Positions 28,874 through 38,633 of a stretch of DNA of 64,000 nt are shown in pieces. Source of the stretch: a virus (taxonomy: Duplodnaviria > Caudoviricetes). The notes under the pieces are model-generated. The model was not told where the DNA came from. It saw nothing but the letters and a program-made list of their open reading frames with translations, and ran no database searches. The stretch is from positions 1 to 64,000 of IMG/VR virus record IMGVR_UViG_2663763243_000008, one strand, 5' to 3'. Each line of letters begins with the position of its first letter. The first letter of the stretch is position 1. The position numbers and the translations under genes are program-made.

Positions 28874-31478
28874 TGTTTACTCCCTCTCGTAATTTCGCCA
28901 CTCGGCTCATTACACTAAATGCCCGCTGGGCGGTGGTTGGTTGGCACTGATACAAACAACAATCCTCTCTTGCCCGCCAGTTCTGGCCGCCGATGGTCAA
29001 CGTTGCGCCGCAAGCCAGTGATTGCGCCTGCTGTTTGCTAATGGAAAGCCCGATTGACTCGGCAAAATCACGGATTTTTGTTGTCACTGGTGCCAGTTGT
29101 ACGGTTTTTTCTTGCCGCTGGGCGGCCTTTTTGGCTGATACCTGGCGTGATAATTCCTCGGCTGGCGTCAATGGATTGGTTTTAATCGTTGCTACCGGCG
29201 TATTTTTAATCCTGCGCAGCAAGGCCCGGCGTTCTGCATCGGTGATCGCGGTGAAATCGATTATTTTTTCTTCTAATGTTCTGTCTATGGCCTCCTCCGG
29301 TTCGCATATTTTTTGCTCTACCGGAGAGTTATTGACAGAACTCCAAGGGACGGCGGGGCCGTCCTGAAAAACATCAAACCCCACGGCAACAGCGGGTTTC
29401 ACCTTTTGGCGGGCGACAATTTTCCAAGTTTTTAGGCGAGTACAGATGCGCGACGCCTCGCCCAAAAGCGGGGAATAGATACCGAAAATCTTCTCGGTGA
29501 TTTCGCCGTAGGCGTTGGGCTGTTCATTGTCCTGATAGGCAATGCGTACGGTATATTCTTCGCGGGGAATTAAGACGCCACCCTGCTGCATGATGTAGGT
29601 AGCAAAACAACTGACATCAGCCGCCGACATAACCGCATCCATTGCCGGATCAAGTAATAGCTTTTTCCCTCGCATGGCGGCTACTTTCGCTGCAATGTCT
29701 GCGGGGTCGGTTTTTTTATCTATCAGGCGCTGTATGGCTAACTTAAATTCATCTGACTTAATCAGATCATTGAGTAGCTGGTTATTCAGCTTGCGCAGCT
29801 CCCGCCAGACAGTCACCGGCGGCGTGCCTATGGGCTGATATTGGCGGATACGGTGACGAGATGCCCAGGCCATAGCAAAACGAGCCGTTTCTTTCAGCGG
29901 TTTGCCAGTTTCATGGTCTAGTTCACCGTCCAGTGCGTAACCATCAATATTTTTACTGATGTATTTAGCGATATAGGCGGTAGCGCTGCCTTTCTTTGGA
30001 TCCAGCCGTTTAGCAGTAAATCGGGCGCTAGTGCGCTTACCTAATTCGGCGCGATCAGTTTTGACGGCATAGGCGCGCATAATCTCAGTGATTGCGCGGC
30101 GCTCTTCCGGTTTCATGAATAATAGTAAGTGCCAGTGCGGCGTGCCGTCATGATGTGGCTCGGCTACGCGAAAACCGTAGACGCGCAGTTCTTCTCGGCC
30201 CAACTTGGATCCGATGTTGGCCCACAGCTTGGTGAGATAGGCTTGTGCCTGTGGTGGGGTGCTGTGATTCCACTTGGGGTTGGCATGGCCGCTTTGGTTG
30301 TTGGCGTGGTATTTAGATGGGCAAGTGATGGTGTAAAATACCCCAACATCACCACGCGACTGCGCAACCAGTTCGATCCCTTTCATGCGTGCCATTAGCT
30401 CATGGCGGCGAATAGTCGGATTGCTGATACTGGCATCCACCATTGCCTCTAAAGAAACAGTGTTGCCCTCATCATCAACTAATTCATGTCGTTTAAAAAA
30501 TTCACGGTTCCGGCGTTTTTGCTCTATCCAGTCGGCCAATGCCTCTTTACTGACATAAGGTGCGGCGCGTTTATGGATCATTCCTGCGGCGCGCAACTGG
30601 CTTTCTCGCCAGTCATTACGCAGTCGCCACAATTTACGCTCCCACCAGTCGGGATTAATCAATCGGGCAATAGCGGAGTAAAAGGTGGCGCGGTCTACGG
30701 GTTTATCTTGGTGGCCGGGCTTCGGCCCCAATTCACGCCAGTGCGACGGCCTGACGCGCAAAGACCACACTTCAAGCGCAATATTGCGATAAATGGTTAA
30801 TAACTCGGCATCAGATAAATTGCGGGTTTCTTCTGTGGGTGTGGATACCTCAGTGCAAAACATTTCATTAATACGGCCAGCAATATCATTTGCCAGCGAC
30901 TTAACCCGGCGCTTATTTAGCTCGGCAAGGTGGCTGTAAATTCCCTGAAAATAAGCCATTAACTCAGATTTACGGCCCTTGCTCACACCCTGATATTCGC
31001 GCACAGCATCTAGACGTAACAATGCATTCTTGCCGGTGCCGGTTAAGAATGCATTGGTATGTTTATCGCCATGATTTTCACGTAACCATCTAATTTTATT
31101 TTGAAAGTGAGACTTAATAAAAATAGGCTGCTCGTCAATACGGGATTCTATGCCTTGCGGTGAATCCGTCCATTGTTGCTTATCGCGCAAATATATCTCG
31201 CGCTCCAGCTCGGCGTGCTCCCTACGCATTTTAAGTAAGGTTTGATTCGGCTCCCGTAATTCGGTAAAGCCCAGCGCATTCAGGCGTTTTACGTAACGGA
31301 TAACCAGCGGATGTGATTTAGGTTTTACCACTACAGCAACCGGCGCTAAAGGTTGATAACCACCAATCGCGGGGCGCGGAGCATTCCATGAGTGATCCCA
31401 TTCAAAAGAAACATCACCGCCGCCTGGATAAGGCAGCGGTGGCGCTGGGATGATGCGGTCACGGGCATGCTCAGTCAT
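28854..31478 (-). CDS. gpA: Rolling-circle replication initiator A
   Basis: TITCPSKYH, RVAEPHHDGTPHWH (HUH), YIAKYISKNIDG; start placed at ATG 31478 overlapping the dam stop. Confidence 0.95.
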   Translation of the reverse strand: MTEHARDRIIPAPPLPYPGGGDVSFEWDHSWNAPRPAIGGYQPLAPVAVVVKPKSHPLVIRYVKRLNALGFTELREPNQTLLKMRREHAELEREIYLRDKQQWTDSPQGIESRIDEQPIFIKSHFQNKIRWLRENHGDKHTNAFLTGTGKNALLRLDAVREYQGVSKGRKSELMAYFQGIYSHLAELNKRRVKSLANDIAGRINEMFCTEVSTPTEETRNLSDAELLTIYRNIALEVWSLRVRPSHWRELGPKPGHQDKPVDRATFYSAIARLINPDWWERKLWRLRNDWRESQLRAAGMIHKRAAPYVSKEALADWIEQKRRNREFFKRHELVDDEGNTVSLEAMVDASISNPTIRRHELMARMKGIELVAQSRGDVGVFYTITCPSKYHANNQSGHANPKWNHSTPPQAQAYLTKLWANIGSKLGREELRVYGFRVAEPHHDGTPHWHLLLFMKPEERRAITEIMRAYAVKTDRAELGKRTSARFTAKRLDPKKGSATAYIAKYISKNIDGYALDGELDHETGKPLKETARFAMAWASRHRIRQYQPIGTPPVTVWRELRKLNNQLLNDLIKSDEFKLAIQRLIDKKTDPADIAAKVAAMRGKKLLLDPAMDAVMSAADVSCFATYIMQQGGVLIPREEYTVRIAYQDNEQPNAYGEITEKIFGIYSPLLGEASRICTRLKTWKIVARQKVKPAVAVGFDVFQDGPAVPWSSVNNSPVEQKICEPEEAIDRTLEEKIIDFTAITDAERRALLRRIKNTPVATIKTNPLTPAEELSRQVSAKKAAQRQEKTVQLAPVTTKIRDFAESIGLSISKQQAQSLACGATLTIGGQNWRAREDCCLYQCQPTTAQRAFSVMSRVAKLREGVNSDSHQH

Positions 31479-32310
31479 GTAATTGCGCCGGAATTGTCGC
31501 AATAATTTCTCCGATACTTTTTCTGCCATCACTTTTACAACTGATAGAGCGTGGAGCCGTAATAGAGTGGAGGGTGAAACGGCTATAGAGGTCGCGACTG
31601 ATAGAGGTATTGCTATTGGAGGCAACAACATGACAGCCATTTTCAGCAGCCCTTGCCAGTAGGCGGGCTAAACGAAATTGCTGATCAGCGCTAAAACCAT
31701 CGGTGTGATAATGGGTAAAGTCAGCAGTGCTGGATACCGGGATATAAGGCGGATCGCAATAAATCACATCACCCGCAACAGCCATTTCCAGTGTTTCGGA
31801 GAAATCACAACATAAGAAAGTCGCTTTCTTGGCTTTTTCAGCAAAGAAACGGATCTCTGCTTCGGGGAAATAAGGTGTTTTGTATTTGCCATAGGGGACG
31901 TTAAATCGCCCTTGTTGGTTATAGCGACAAATACCATTAAAACAATGGCGATTTAGATAAAGGAAGATTGCTGCTCTGGATATATCATCACGGTTTCGTG
32001 CATTAAATATTTTGCGGAAAATATAATATTGTTCGTCGGAATTAGCCGTAAGAAACAGTGAGGAAGCCACATTGATTAAGTCGCTCGTTTCTCTTTTCGC
32101 TATCTCATAGAAGTTAATCAGATCATCATTGATATCTGTTATCAGATATTCATCATAATCCGTATTCAGCATAACAGAACAGGAACCAGCAAACGGTTCT
32201 ACCAATCGTTTACCAGTTGGCAAATGTTGAAGTAAGGTTGGCATAATACGAGCCTTTGAACCGACCCACTTCAGCGGAGAGCGATTTATTGTCATTAGCC
32301 GCTTACTCAT
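31471..32310 (-). CDS. dam: DNA adenine methyltransferase
   Basis: LKWVGSK, LVEPFAGS, FNVPYG, YCDPPY. Confidence 0.95.
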   Translation of the reverse strand: MSKRLMTINRSPLKWVGSKARIMPTLLQHLPTGKRLVEPFAGSCSVMLNTDYDEYLITDINDDLINFYEIAKRETSDLINVASSLFLTANSDEQYYIFRKIFNARNRDDISRAAIFLYLNRHCFNGICRYNQQGRFNVPYGKYKTPYFPEAEIRFFAEKAKKATFLCCDFSETLEMAVAGDVIYCDPPYIPVSSTADFTHYHTDGFSADQQFRLARLLARAAENGCHVVASNSNTSISRDLYSRFTLHSITAPRSISCKSDGRKSIGEIIATIPAQLHD

Positions 32311-32500
32311 TTATTTGATTTTGGATTTTATCTGATTCCTGGCGCAGTAATTCCACCGATTCTTTAACGCATAAAGCACGAGCAATAATGACATTTGCCA
32401 GATTTTCCAGAAGCGCAGAGGTCAGTATTGCTTGTTTCCTACGTTCATTTATCAGGGCATCATTGAGTAAATCAGCATTTTTAATTTTCTTACTCGGCAT
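32303..32500 (-). CDS. P2-type early protein (DUF2732-like)
   Basis: ERRKQA...LA..I...E..ELLRQES; position upstream of dam/A. Confidence 0.6.
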   Translation of the reverse strand: MPSKKIKNADLLNDALINERRKQAILTSALLENLANVIIARALCVKESVELLRQESDKIQNQINE

Positions 32501-32582
32501 ATTCGAATCCTTAACTTTAGATAATAGGAATCCCGACGCGATAAATGCGCCATATTTAATAATCCGCTAAAACGTTATTTCT

Positions 32583-32888
32583 TTATAACAAGTCTTTAGG
32601 AATTGAATTCAAATCAACCCATAAATCCAACGCTGCTTTACGCACCGCTTTTCTTTCGTGATATTCCAACTCCCGAAATTTTCTTTCGTGGCTGTCTTTC
32701 TTTATCCCTGCGGCATAATAAATAATACCTTTAGTCTTACCCCTGCTTAATGACTCCAAACGTCGCTCAAACTCTTCATCTGGATCTTTTTTAAACAGTT
32801 CCTTTATGCGGTCTAAATGCCGTAAACCTACTTTTTGATTCCATTCCTGCATTGAAAGTGGTGATTCATCGGTATTTATTTGCCCCAT
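32583..32888 (-). CDS. Hypothetical early protein
   Basis: GAGG RBS before ATG 32888; early operon. Confidence 0.7.
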   Translation of the reverse strand: MGQINTDESPLSMQEWNQKVGLRHLDRIKELFKKDPDEEFERRLESLSRGKTKGIIYYAAGIKKDSHERKFRELEYHERKAVRKAALDLWVDLNSIPKDLL

Positions 32889-32928
32889 TATTCGCACCTC
32901 ACGGGAGTACAATTAATACGGTTTAAAC

Positions 32929-33084
32929 TTACAGACGCGCTTTGCGTGCTACTTCTTCTTTCTTGATACTGGTGCGGTGGCGGTGATCACGAATTGCGGC
33001 GCGGACAGACAAAACAGCAATCCAAATAAGCACGGTCAGCAAGATTAATGCGCCTCCGGTCAATTCAATTAGTTGCCCTGGCAT
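32929..33084 (-). CDS. 51-aa single-TM protein (absent from the ORF track)
   Basis: MPGQLIELTGGALILLTVLIWIAVLSVRAAIRDHRHRTSIKKEEVARKARL*; GAGG RBS, overlaps upstream gene. Confidence 0.65.
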   Translation of the reverse strand: MPGQLIELTGGALILLTVLIWIAVLSVRAAIRDHRHRTSIKKEEVARKARL

Positions 33085-33383
33085 GCTGGCACCTCTTCGT
33101 TGAAAAGTTGAGGTATCACGCCTGACTCACGGAACTGCTGCGTTACGGCATTCAGTTGATGGAAAGTGACTAATTCGTTTTCACCTAACTGCCACGCTAT
33201 GGCGGTAATCATGCTCAAGCCTGCCAATGTGCTGCTAGTAATGGTTTTTTTTTCACGGGCATGGAGGTTTGATTTAAGGGAAAAGACACCATTTTTCTCT
33301 ATTGCACGTCGGGTTAACTCTCCCATATCGGTCATATGAGTTCGCAGTATGGCGTTAGCTATCTGTAGGCAAGGTGATTTCAT
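33069..33383 (-). CDS. Hypothetical early protein
   Basis: ATGA-coupled to the upstream ORF in the early operon. Confidence 0.7.
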   Translation of the reverse strand: MKSPCLQIANAILRTHMTDMGELTRRAIEKNGVFSLKSNLHAREKKTITSSTLAGLSMITAIAWQLGENELVTFHQLNAVTQQFRESGVIPQLFNEEVPACQGN

Positions 33384-33586
33384 GCCGCTACTCCCGTCTC
33401 ACGTTCGGTATGCAACTGATCGATAAAGCCCGTTGCGAGGCCCTGAGCATCAAATAAGCCGAAAGACTGCTCACCCAAGAAAACTTCATAACGGTTAAGT
33501 AAGTTAATGGTCGTTCTGCGGCGAAAATTAATCACGAACCCGCGATAAAACCATGCATTACGGCTGATAACACTTAAGGCATGCAT
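33380..33586 (-). CDS. Hypothetical early protein
   Basis: GGGG RBS, follows cox-like gene. Confidence 0.7.
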   Translation of the reverse strand: MHALSVISRNAWFYRGFVINFRRRTTINLLNRYEVFLGEQSFGLFDAQGLATGFIDQLHTERETGVAA

Positions 33587-33597
33587 TATATTTTCCC

Positions 33598-33801
33598 CTA
33601 ACTATTGGCTATAGCATCTTTCAACATAGCGACCAAGTTAACTTCAACCTTGTCACCGGCTTTAATTTTCGGACGAATAATAATCCGGCCATCGCGCACC
33701 ATTCCCCGGCAGGTAGCGAACGGGATACCAGTCATTACGGCATATTCTTTCAGAGAGACATAGCCCGTGGGTACGGTGATATTAATGGTGACATTACCCA
33801 T
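33598..33801 (-). CDS. Cox/Apl-like excisionase-repressor
   Basis: YVSLKEYAVMTGIP..T.R.MV.DGR winged HTH; early operon opposite C. Confidence 0.8.
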   Translation of the reverse strand: MGNVTINITVPTGYVSLKEYAVMTGIPFATCRGMVRDGRIIIRPKIKAGDKVEVNLVAMLKDAIANS

Positions 33802-33813
33802 AATTTCCCCTTA

Positions 33814-34005
33814 TCAATCAGCCTGAATAGCAGCGATCCCACGCAAGTAAACCAGGCGGGCCATACTGGAAATTGAACGACTTTCTTTTGCTGCAAGTGC
33901 TTCTAATTCAGAGCGTTCACCATCAGATAAACGCATGGGGGTAGGATTTTTTGAGGCGATTCCTTTCGGTAATCGCGAGCGTTGATCATGTTCGACTTGT
34001 TTCAT
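33814..34005 (-). CDS. Small ribbon-helix-helix-like regulator
   Basis: PMRLSDGERSELEALAAKESRSISSMAR; first gene of the early operon. Confidence 0.7.
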   Translation of the reverse strand: MKQVEHDQRSRLPKGIASKNPTPMRLSDGERSELEALAAKESRSISSMARLVYLRGIAAIQAD

Positions 34006-34065
34006 AATGGTATATTGTGATCCACTAAGTTCCTGTACAACACAATTTAAGGAAGTATTGTTCCC

Positions 34066-34434
34066 ATGCCAAACAAAAAAGAGGAATTATTATTCCTTAT
34101 TGGCGCACGACTGCGTGAAGAAAGGGAAAAAACGGGTGAAAGCCAAGAGGCTATGGCGACAAATTTTGGTGTTTCAACCAGAACTTGGGGCAAATATGAG
34201 AGAGGGGAAACCGTACCTGATGCTGCCACACTCGCATTGCTGAATGCTCAGTATGGTTTAGACGTCATGTATATACTGACTGGGAAACGAACCCCTCCAG
34301 ATATCATCTCTACAGAAGAGCTGAAACTAGTAGAGAATTACCGAGCAATGGATGACTCGGCAAGGCTAAATATACAGGCGGTTGGCGATGCGTTCGCTCA
34401 ATCGAAGCCGAATAAATTAGCTAACAATAAATAG
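34066..34434 (+). CDS. Immunity repressor C (XRE HTH)
   Basis: IGARLREER...SQ..MA...GVS.RT..KYERGETVP; divergent from the early operon, upstream of int. Confidence 0.88.
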   Translation: MPNKKEELLFLIGARLREEREKTGESQEAMATNFGVSTRTWGKYERGETVPDAATLALLNAQYGLDVMYILTGKRTPPDIISTEELKLVENYRAMDDSARLNIQAVGDAFAQSKPNKLANNK

Positions 34435-34474
34435 TGAATAAGCATTATTTTTACGAATATGGAGATTTTTTATA

Positions 34475-35014
34475 ATGAATCTAATCAATAAGTTAATTTT
34501 TGCATCCACTGTGATTTTTTCCAGCGTTGTCTATGCCGATGGCCCTACAAAATTCTCATCTGTTCCAGATATGGTTCAACAGTTTAATGATTTTTCTACT
34601 GACAATGGCACTTTTAAAGTAATTTCAAAAAAACCTCTTCATATCCAATTATCTCCAGAAGTATTTCCGAATGATCTAAAAATAGTGATTTCTGAACAAA
34701 CAGAAAGAGCAGCGATCTATGGCATATATCGTAGCTTCATTCACACGGGTGTAGATAAAATCACCGTAACTGCCATACCTAAAATTTATAGTAAAAATGA
34801 TTATTTGATTGCAGATAAAGTGACTATTACAAAAACTCGAGCGCAAGCATTAAAAGATATTCAGAAATTTATACCCGTTACTGATTTTTCTGAACTCACT
34901 ATATCTGATGAGTATGGACATGATGAGACGTCTAAAGAATACAAGCAGATTTATTATAATGATCAGGGTGGAGTTGGCCTCGATACATTTTTCAAATATA
35001 TTACTAATAACTAA
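34475..35014 (+). CDS. Exported hypothetical protein
   Basis: Signal peptide ending VYA; AT-rich; between C and int. Confidence 0.78.
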   Translation: MNLINKLIFASTVIFSSVVYADGPTKFSSVPDMVQQFNDFSTDNGTFKVISKKPLHIQLSPEVFPNDLKIVISEQTERAAIYGIYRSFIHTGVDKITVTAIPKIYSKNDYLIADKVTITKTRAQALKDIQKFIPVTDFSELTISDEYGHDETSKEYKQIYYNDQGGVGLDTFFKYITNN

Positions 35015-35038
35015 TACAGAAAATATCTGGGAGCTACC

Positions 35039-35836
35039 ATGAGCGAAGAAAATAAAATTAGAGATGCCGCAGATGCAGTAGCTGGTATTGTTAAAGCTGT
35101 TCCAGTATATCAGGATGTTCTGCAACCAGCAGCTCAGGAGGTTGGCTCAGCACTACAGACGGTAGCTAAAACGATACATATCGTATTAGCACCAGTGAGT
35201 GCTATGGTCTGGGGATACGATAAAATCAAAGACTTTATATCTACTAAAGTTGCAGAAAAATTAAAGGATGTACCACCTGCAAATTTAATATCACCAAAAC
35301 CTAATGTGGCAGGGCCAGCTTTAGAAGCATTAAAATATATAGGTCACGATGAAAGTTTAAGTAATCTTTATGCGAATTTATTAGCTTCCTCAATGAATAA
35401 AGATACTGCCAATTCTGCGCATCCTTCATTCGTTGACATCATTAAACAGTTAACTTCTGATGAAGCAAAACTGTTAAATTACTTTTTGCTTGACCAAGCA
35501 CTCCCATTACTTAGTGGGAATTTTAAATTAAAAAATGGAGGCGAAATTTCTTACCAAAAAAACTTCTCATTATTTGGTGAAAAAGCCGGAATTGATATTT
35601 TAAAAAATATAAATAGTTATATTGACAACCTATGCCGCTTGGGTATTTGTGTAATTCCCATAGACCGTGAGTACACAGATAAAAGTATTTATAAAGAAAC
35701 ACTTGACTCTCCATTTTTTATAAAATCCATTGATGATTCGACTGGAAGATTTGAATCAAAAATAAGCATTGAATACAAATCATTAGAAATAACTGATTTT
35801 GGGAAGCAATTTTTAGATACTTGTGTGAAAGATTAA
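35039..35836 (+). CDS. DUF4393/Abi-alpha-like protein
   Basis: PNVAGPALEALKY...LYANLLASSM...HPSFVDIIKQLTSDEAKLL...IDNLCRLG...TDFGKQF. Confidence 0.8.
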   Translation: MSEENKIRDAADAVAGIVKAVPVYQDVLQPAAQEVGSALQTVAKTIHIVLAPVSAMVWGYDKIKDFISTKVAEKLKDVPPANLISPKPNVAGPALEALKYIGHDESLSNLYANLLASSMNKDTANSAHPSFVDIIKQLTSDEAKLLNYFLLDQALPLLSGNFKLKNGGEISYQKNFSLFGEKAGIDILKNINSYIDNLCRLGICVIPIDREYTDKSIYKETLDSPFFIKSIDDSTGRFESKISIEYKSLEITDFGKQFLDTCVKD

Positions 35837-35862
35837 TAATATGAAACAGGGAGGCTTTATAG

Positions 35863-36867
35863 ATGGCGATTAACAAACTTCCTTCAGGAAAATGGCTTTG
35901 CCAATGCTTCCCTTATGGCCGTGATGGTAAACGGATACGTAAACAATTTGCCACTAAAGGCGAAGCACTTTCATACGAACGCCGCATGATGGTGAATAAG
36001 CAAGATACGGGGCTGGGTGTTAGTGCGGTAACACTTAATGAATTAGTTGAGCGCTGGTATGAAATGCACGGTAAGACCCTATCTTCTGGCGAGTCCCGTA
36101 AAACTAAATTATTGGCTATTTGCGAGCGAATGGGGGAACCCTTAGCGGCAGATGTCGATAAAAATATGTTTGCTGTTTATCGGGAACGGCGGCTGAATGG
36201 TGAATGGCAAGCAAAAGGACGTACTGTTGTAAAAGAAGCTACTGTTAACCGTGAACAATCATACCTACATGCTGTATTTTCAGAATTAAAACGCCTTGGT
36301 GAGTGGGAGGGAAGTAACCCGCTTGATGGTATCCGGCAATTTAGTGAGGGCGATCAAGAACTGGCCTTTCTGTCCCAAGATGAAATCAAGCGGCTTTTAG
36401 TCTCCTGTGATGAGTCGGAAAATAAAAGTTTGGGAACTATCGTTCGCCTCTGCTTGGCTACTGGTGCTAGGTGGGGAGAAGCGCAGGATATGAAACAGTC
36501 GCAGATATTGCCTAGCCGTGTGACTTATATTAATACTAAGGGCAAAAAGAACAGAACCGTACCGATATCTGAAAAACTATTTAAGCGTATACCAAAAAAT
36601 CGCGGCGCTTTATTCACTCCATCTTATGATGCATTTAAACATGCATTGAAAAGGGCGGCTATTGAGTTGCCTAAAGGGCAACGCACACACGTACTCAGAC
36701 ACACCTTTGCTAGTCACTTTATGATGGGCGGCGGAAACATTTTAGTGCTGCAACAAATTCTTGGTCATAGCACTATTTTAATGACGATGAGATATGCACA
36801 TTTTGCCCCTAACCACTTGGATGCGGCCATCGCATTAAACCCCTACGACAAGCTAGTTATTGAGTGA
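35863..36867 (+). CDS. int: Tyrosine integrase (P2/186 type)
   Basis: TGARWGE, HVLRHTFASH, LGHS..MTMRYAH. Confidence 0.96.
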   Translation: MAINKLPSGKWLCQCFPYGRDGKRIRKQFATKGEALSYERRMMVNKQDTGLGVSAVTLNELVERWYEMHGKTLSSGESRKTKLLAICERMGEPLAADVDKNMFAVYRERRLNGEWQAKGRTVVKEATVNREQSYLHAVFSELKRLGEWEGSNPLDGIRQFSEGDQELAFLSQDEIKRLLVSCDESENKSLGTIVRLCLATGARWGEAQDMKQSQILPSRVTYINTKGKKNRTVPISEKLFKRIPKNRGALFTPSYDAFKHALKRAAIELPKGQRTHVLRHTFASHFMMGGGNILVLQQILGHSTILMTMRYAHFAPNHLDAAIALNPYDKLVIE

Positions 36868-36984
36868 TAAATAGCGAATTTTAATGGCAGCAAAAACAAA
36901 CCCTGCGCAAATATAGCTAAACATGCACATTTATAACTTATTGAATACACTTAACTTATTGATTTTAAAAAGTAGCATCAAATT

Positions 36985-37038
36985 TTTAAAATCCCTCGGC
37001 TTATGGCTGTGCGGGTTCAAGTCCCGCCCCGGGCACCA
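36985..37038 (+). repeat. att core: 3' half of tRNA-Leu(TAA), leuZ-like, from the anticodon loop to CCA
   Basis: TTTAAAATCCCTCGGCTTATGGCTGTGCGGGTTCAAGTCCCGCCCCGGGCACCA; 5' half absent; lies between two convergent integrases. Confidence 0.92.
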
Positions 37039-37083
37039 TGGAAACAAATCTAAGTAAAACAAAGTAGTATGAGTATGTCGTTA

Positions 37084-37105
37084 ACCGCCGAGAGGCGGTT
37101 TTTTT
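37084..37105 (+). terminator. Intrinsic terminator after the tRNA fragment
   Basis: ACCGCCGAGAGGCGGT followed by T-run. Confidence 0.85.
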
Positions 37106-37120
37106 GTGCCTGAAATCTCA

Positions 37121-37154
37121 TTCCTAAGATGTTCCTAACATCATTTCCTAACAT
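37121..37154. repeat. Three TTCCTAA(G/C)AT direct repeats, probable integrase arm-type sites
   Basis: Copies at 37121, 37132 and 37145 between att and the int stop. Confidence 0.6.
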
Positions 37155-37178
37155 GATTTCGGTTATCTGAATAAAAAT

Positions 37179-38195
37179 TCACTTTTTCTGACCGCCTACC
37201 ACTGGCACAATTTCTGTTTTCCTATCATATCTTGCTGTTTGGGCTGTATTCTTGTGCCCTGAAATGGCTTGCTTCTCTGCGAGGGTTCCCTCTAAGTCTG
37301 ATATTCCCTTGGCTTTTAAATCATGAAACGTGAAATCAAAGTCCAATTCGGAAAATGTTTTTGCGGCCAATAATTTTGCGTTGCGCCACCGACTATTGAA
37401 ACCATCTCTTGTGTAGCCATGCCCAGACCGCTGATGTAGTACATAAATACTGCTCACACCTGGAGCGATTTCTATTCCATCTGCAATTTTGATGGCCTGC
37501 TGTAATCTTTCCGTCCATGCCTTGATCTGTTTCTTTCCTGTTTTCCCTTGCTGTATAAATACCCCGGCATCTATTAGCTGTGACTTTTTTAAGGCGAGGA
37601 TGTCTGCTTGCCGAGCGCAACAAAGATAGGCGAGTTCCATTGCCGCTTTTACAATCGGCGGAGCTACGTTGTAGAGAGCGCTATATTCAGCGTCAGTAAT
37701 GTATCGTTCCCTGCTAACCTCTTTAAATTGCTTAACATCCTTGCATGGGTTGCCTTTTACCATTCCCCTCTCATATCCCCAACGATAAACCCGCGATAGG
37801 AAAGTTTTCTCACGGTTTGCCTGTGTTCTACTGGCAACCCCGCGTCTATCCATATATTTCCTGATATGTTCAGGTTTTATGTTGTCTGGTTCCATTTTCC
37901 CGAAAACTGGTAATACTCTAAGTGAATATTTGCGGTAGTCTTTCTGCGTCTCAACAGCTAACTCATTAAAATCAACAGAGCGGAAAAACTGTTCAATGAG
38001 TTTATTCAAGTTGGCTTTTTCTAATGGCTCAGTATTTATTTTTTCGTAGCATGACCATACTTGAGAAATAGGTGCATCCAATGGGCATAGCGATATTGAG
38101 CCACCGCGGGCGGGGTGGAATTCATATTTCGATTTTCCACGATACACCCGAGGTGGTAATGCCGTGTCTGCGGCGTTCTTGCGTTTACCGGCCAC
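37179..38195 (-). CDS. int: Tyrosine integrase
   Basis: LCCARQAD, QGKTG, FHDLKAKG, GHK...TARY. Confidence 0.94.
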   Translation of the reverse strand: MAGKRKNAADTALPPRVYRGKSKYEFHPARGGSISLCPLDAPISQVWSCYEKINTEPLEKANLNKLIEQFFRSVDFNELAVETQKDYRKYSLRVLPVFGKMEPDNIKPEHIRKYMDRRGVASRTQANREKTFLSRVYRWGYERGMVKGNPCKDVKQFKEVSRERYITDAEYSALYNVAPPIVKAAMELAYLCCARQADILALKKSQLIDAGVFIQQGKTGKKQIKAWTERLQQAIKIADGIEIAPGVSSIYVLHQRSGHGYTRDGFNSRWRNAKLLAAKTFSELDFDFTFHDLKAKGISDLEGTLAEKQAISGHKNTAQTARYDRKTEIVPVVGGQKK

Positions 38196-38421
38196 TGTTC
38201 ATGGCCTCGAAATTGGGTTCTTCTTTTTCTGGCTCTAGCGGCTTACCGCGTAAACTGATTGGATTCAAAAAATGGCCCCAAGTGGTTTTCGGGTGTCCGT
38301 CTGGGCGTCGGATAAAAAAGATCCCCGAGCGGCGTAAAGAGTCACATTGTTTGGTTTTGTAGTGATGACCGGTCAACTCAATCATCTCCTCTTTGGTGAT
38401 TATGTCGTGGTCGTTTTTCAT
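38185..38421 (-). CDS. Excisionase (DUF4224-like)
   Basis: EEMIELTG...KQC..L...GI.F..RPDG.P...EPNF; overlaps int start. Confidence 0.85.
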   Translation of the reverse strand: MKNDHDIITKEEMIELTGHHYKTKQCDSLRRSGIFFIRRPDGHPKTTWGHFLNPISLRGKPLEPEKEEPNFEAMNSGR

Positions 38422-38584
38422 GGTCTTGCCCCTGTATCATTTGGGTTATTGCTCTGTCGGTCGCAGAACAGGCCCGCTGTATATCGTGGTCGGTGAGTTG
38501 TTGTTTCCGTACACTGGCTGATAATTTGCCGATCTTAATATCTAAGTCGGTTAATAGGCGTTTGCCCGGTTGCCATGGCTGCAT
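38378..38584 (-). CDS. Hypothetical protein
   Basis: 68-aa ORF overlapping xis; start codon lies in a GCATGGTGG..CCACCATGC inverted repeat. Confidence 0.55.
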   Translation of the reverse strand: MQPWQPGKRLLTDLDIKIGKLSASVRKQQLTDHDIQRACSATDRAITQMIQGQDHEKRPRHNHQRGDD

Positions 38585-38633
38585 GGTGGTTTCCCTGGTG
38601 TTGGATTTCCACCATGCTAGCGGGGCAGGTTGA

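Larger units (their letters stand above)
1..37038. mobile_element. P2-like (Peduoviridae) prophage, left attachment site just outside the window
   Basis: Complete P2 gene order ogr-D-U-T-E-FII-FI-(tfa)-H-I-J-W-V-S-R-lysis-X-L-M-N-O / P-Q ... A-dam-cox-C-int, ending at a tRNA-derived att core. Confidence 0.97.

Noticed and set aside
31471-32310. Restriction-modification system around dam or the C5 methyltransferase (47874-50039)
   Set aside because: No adjacent endonuclease; orphan methyltransferases are common in these early regions
36961-37038. Intact tRNA-Leu gene
   Set aside because: Acceptor 5' strand, D-arm and 5' anticodon stem are missing; only the att duplication is present
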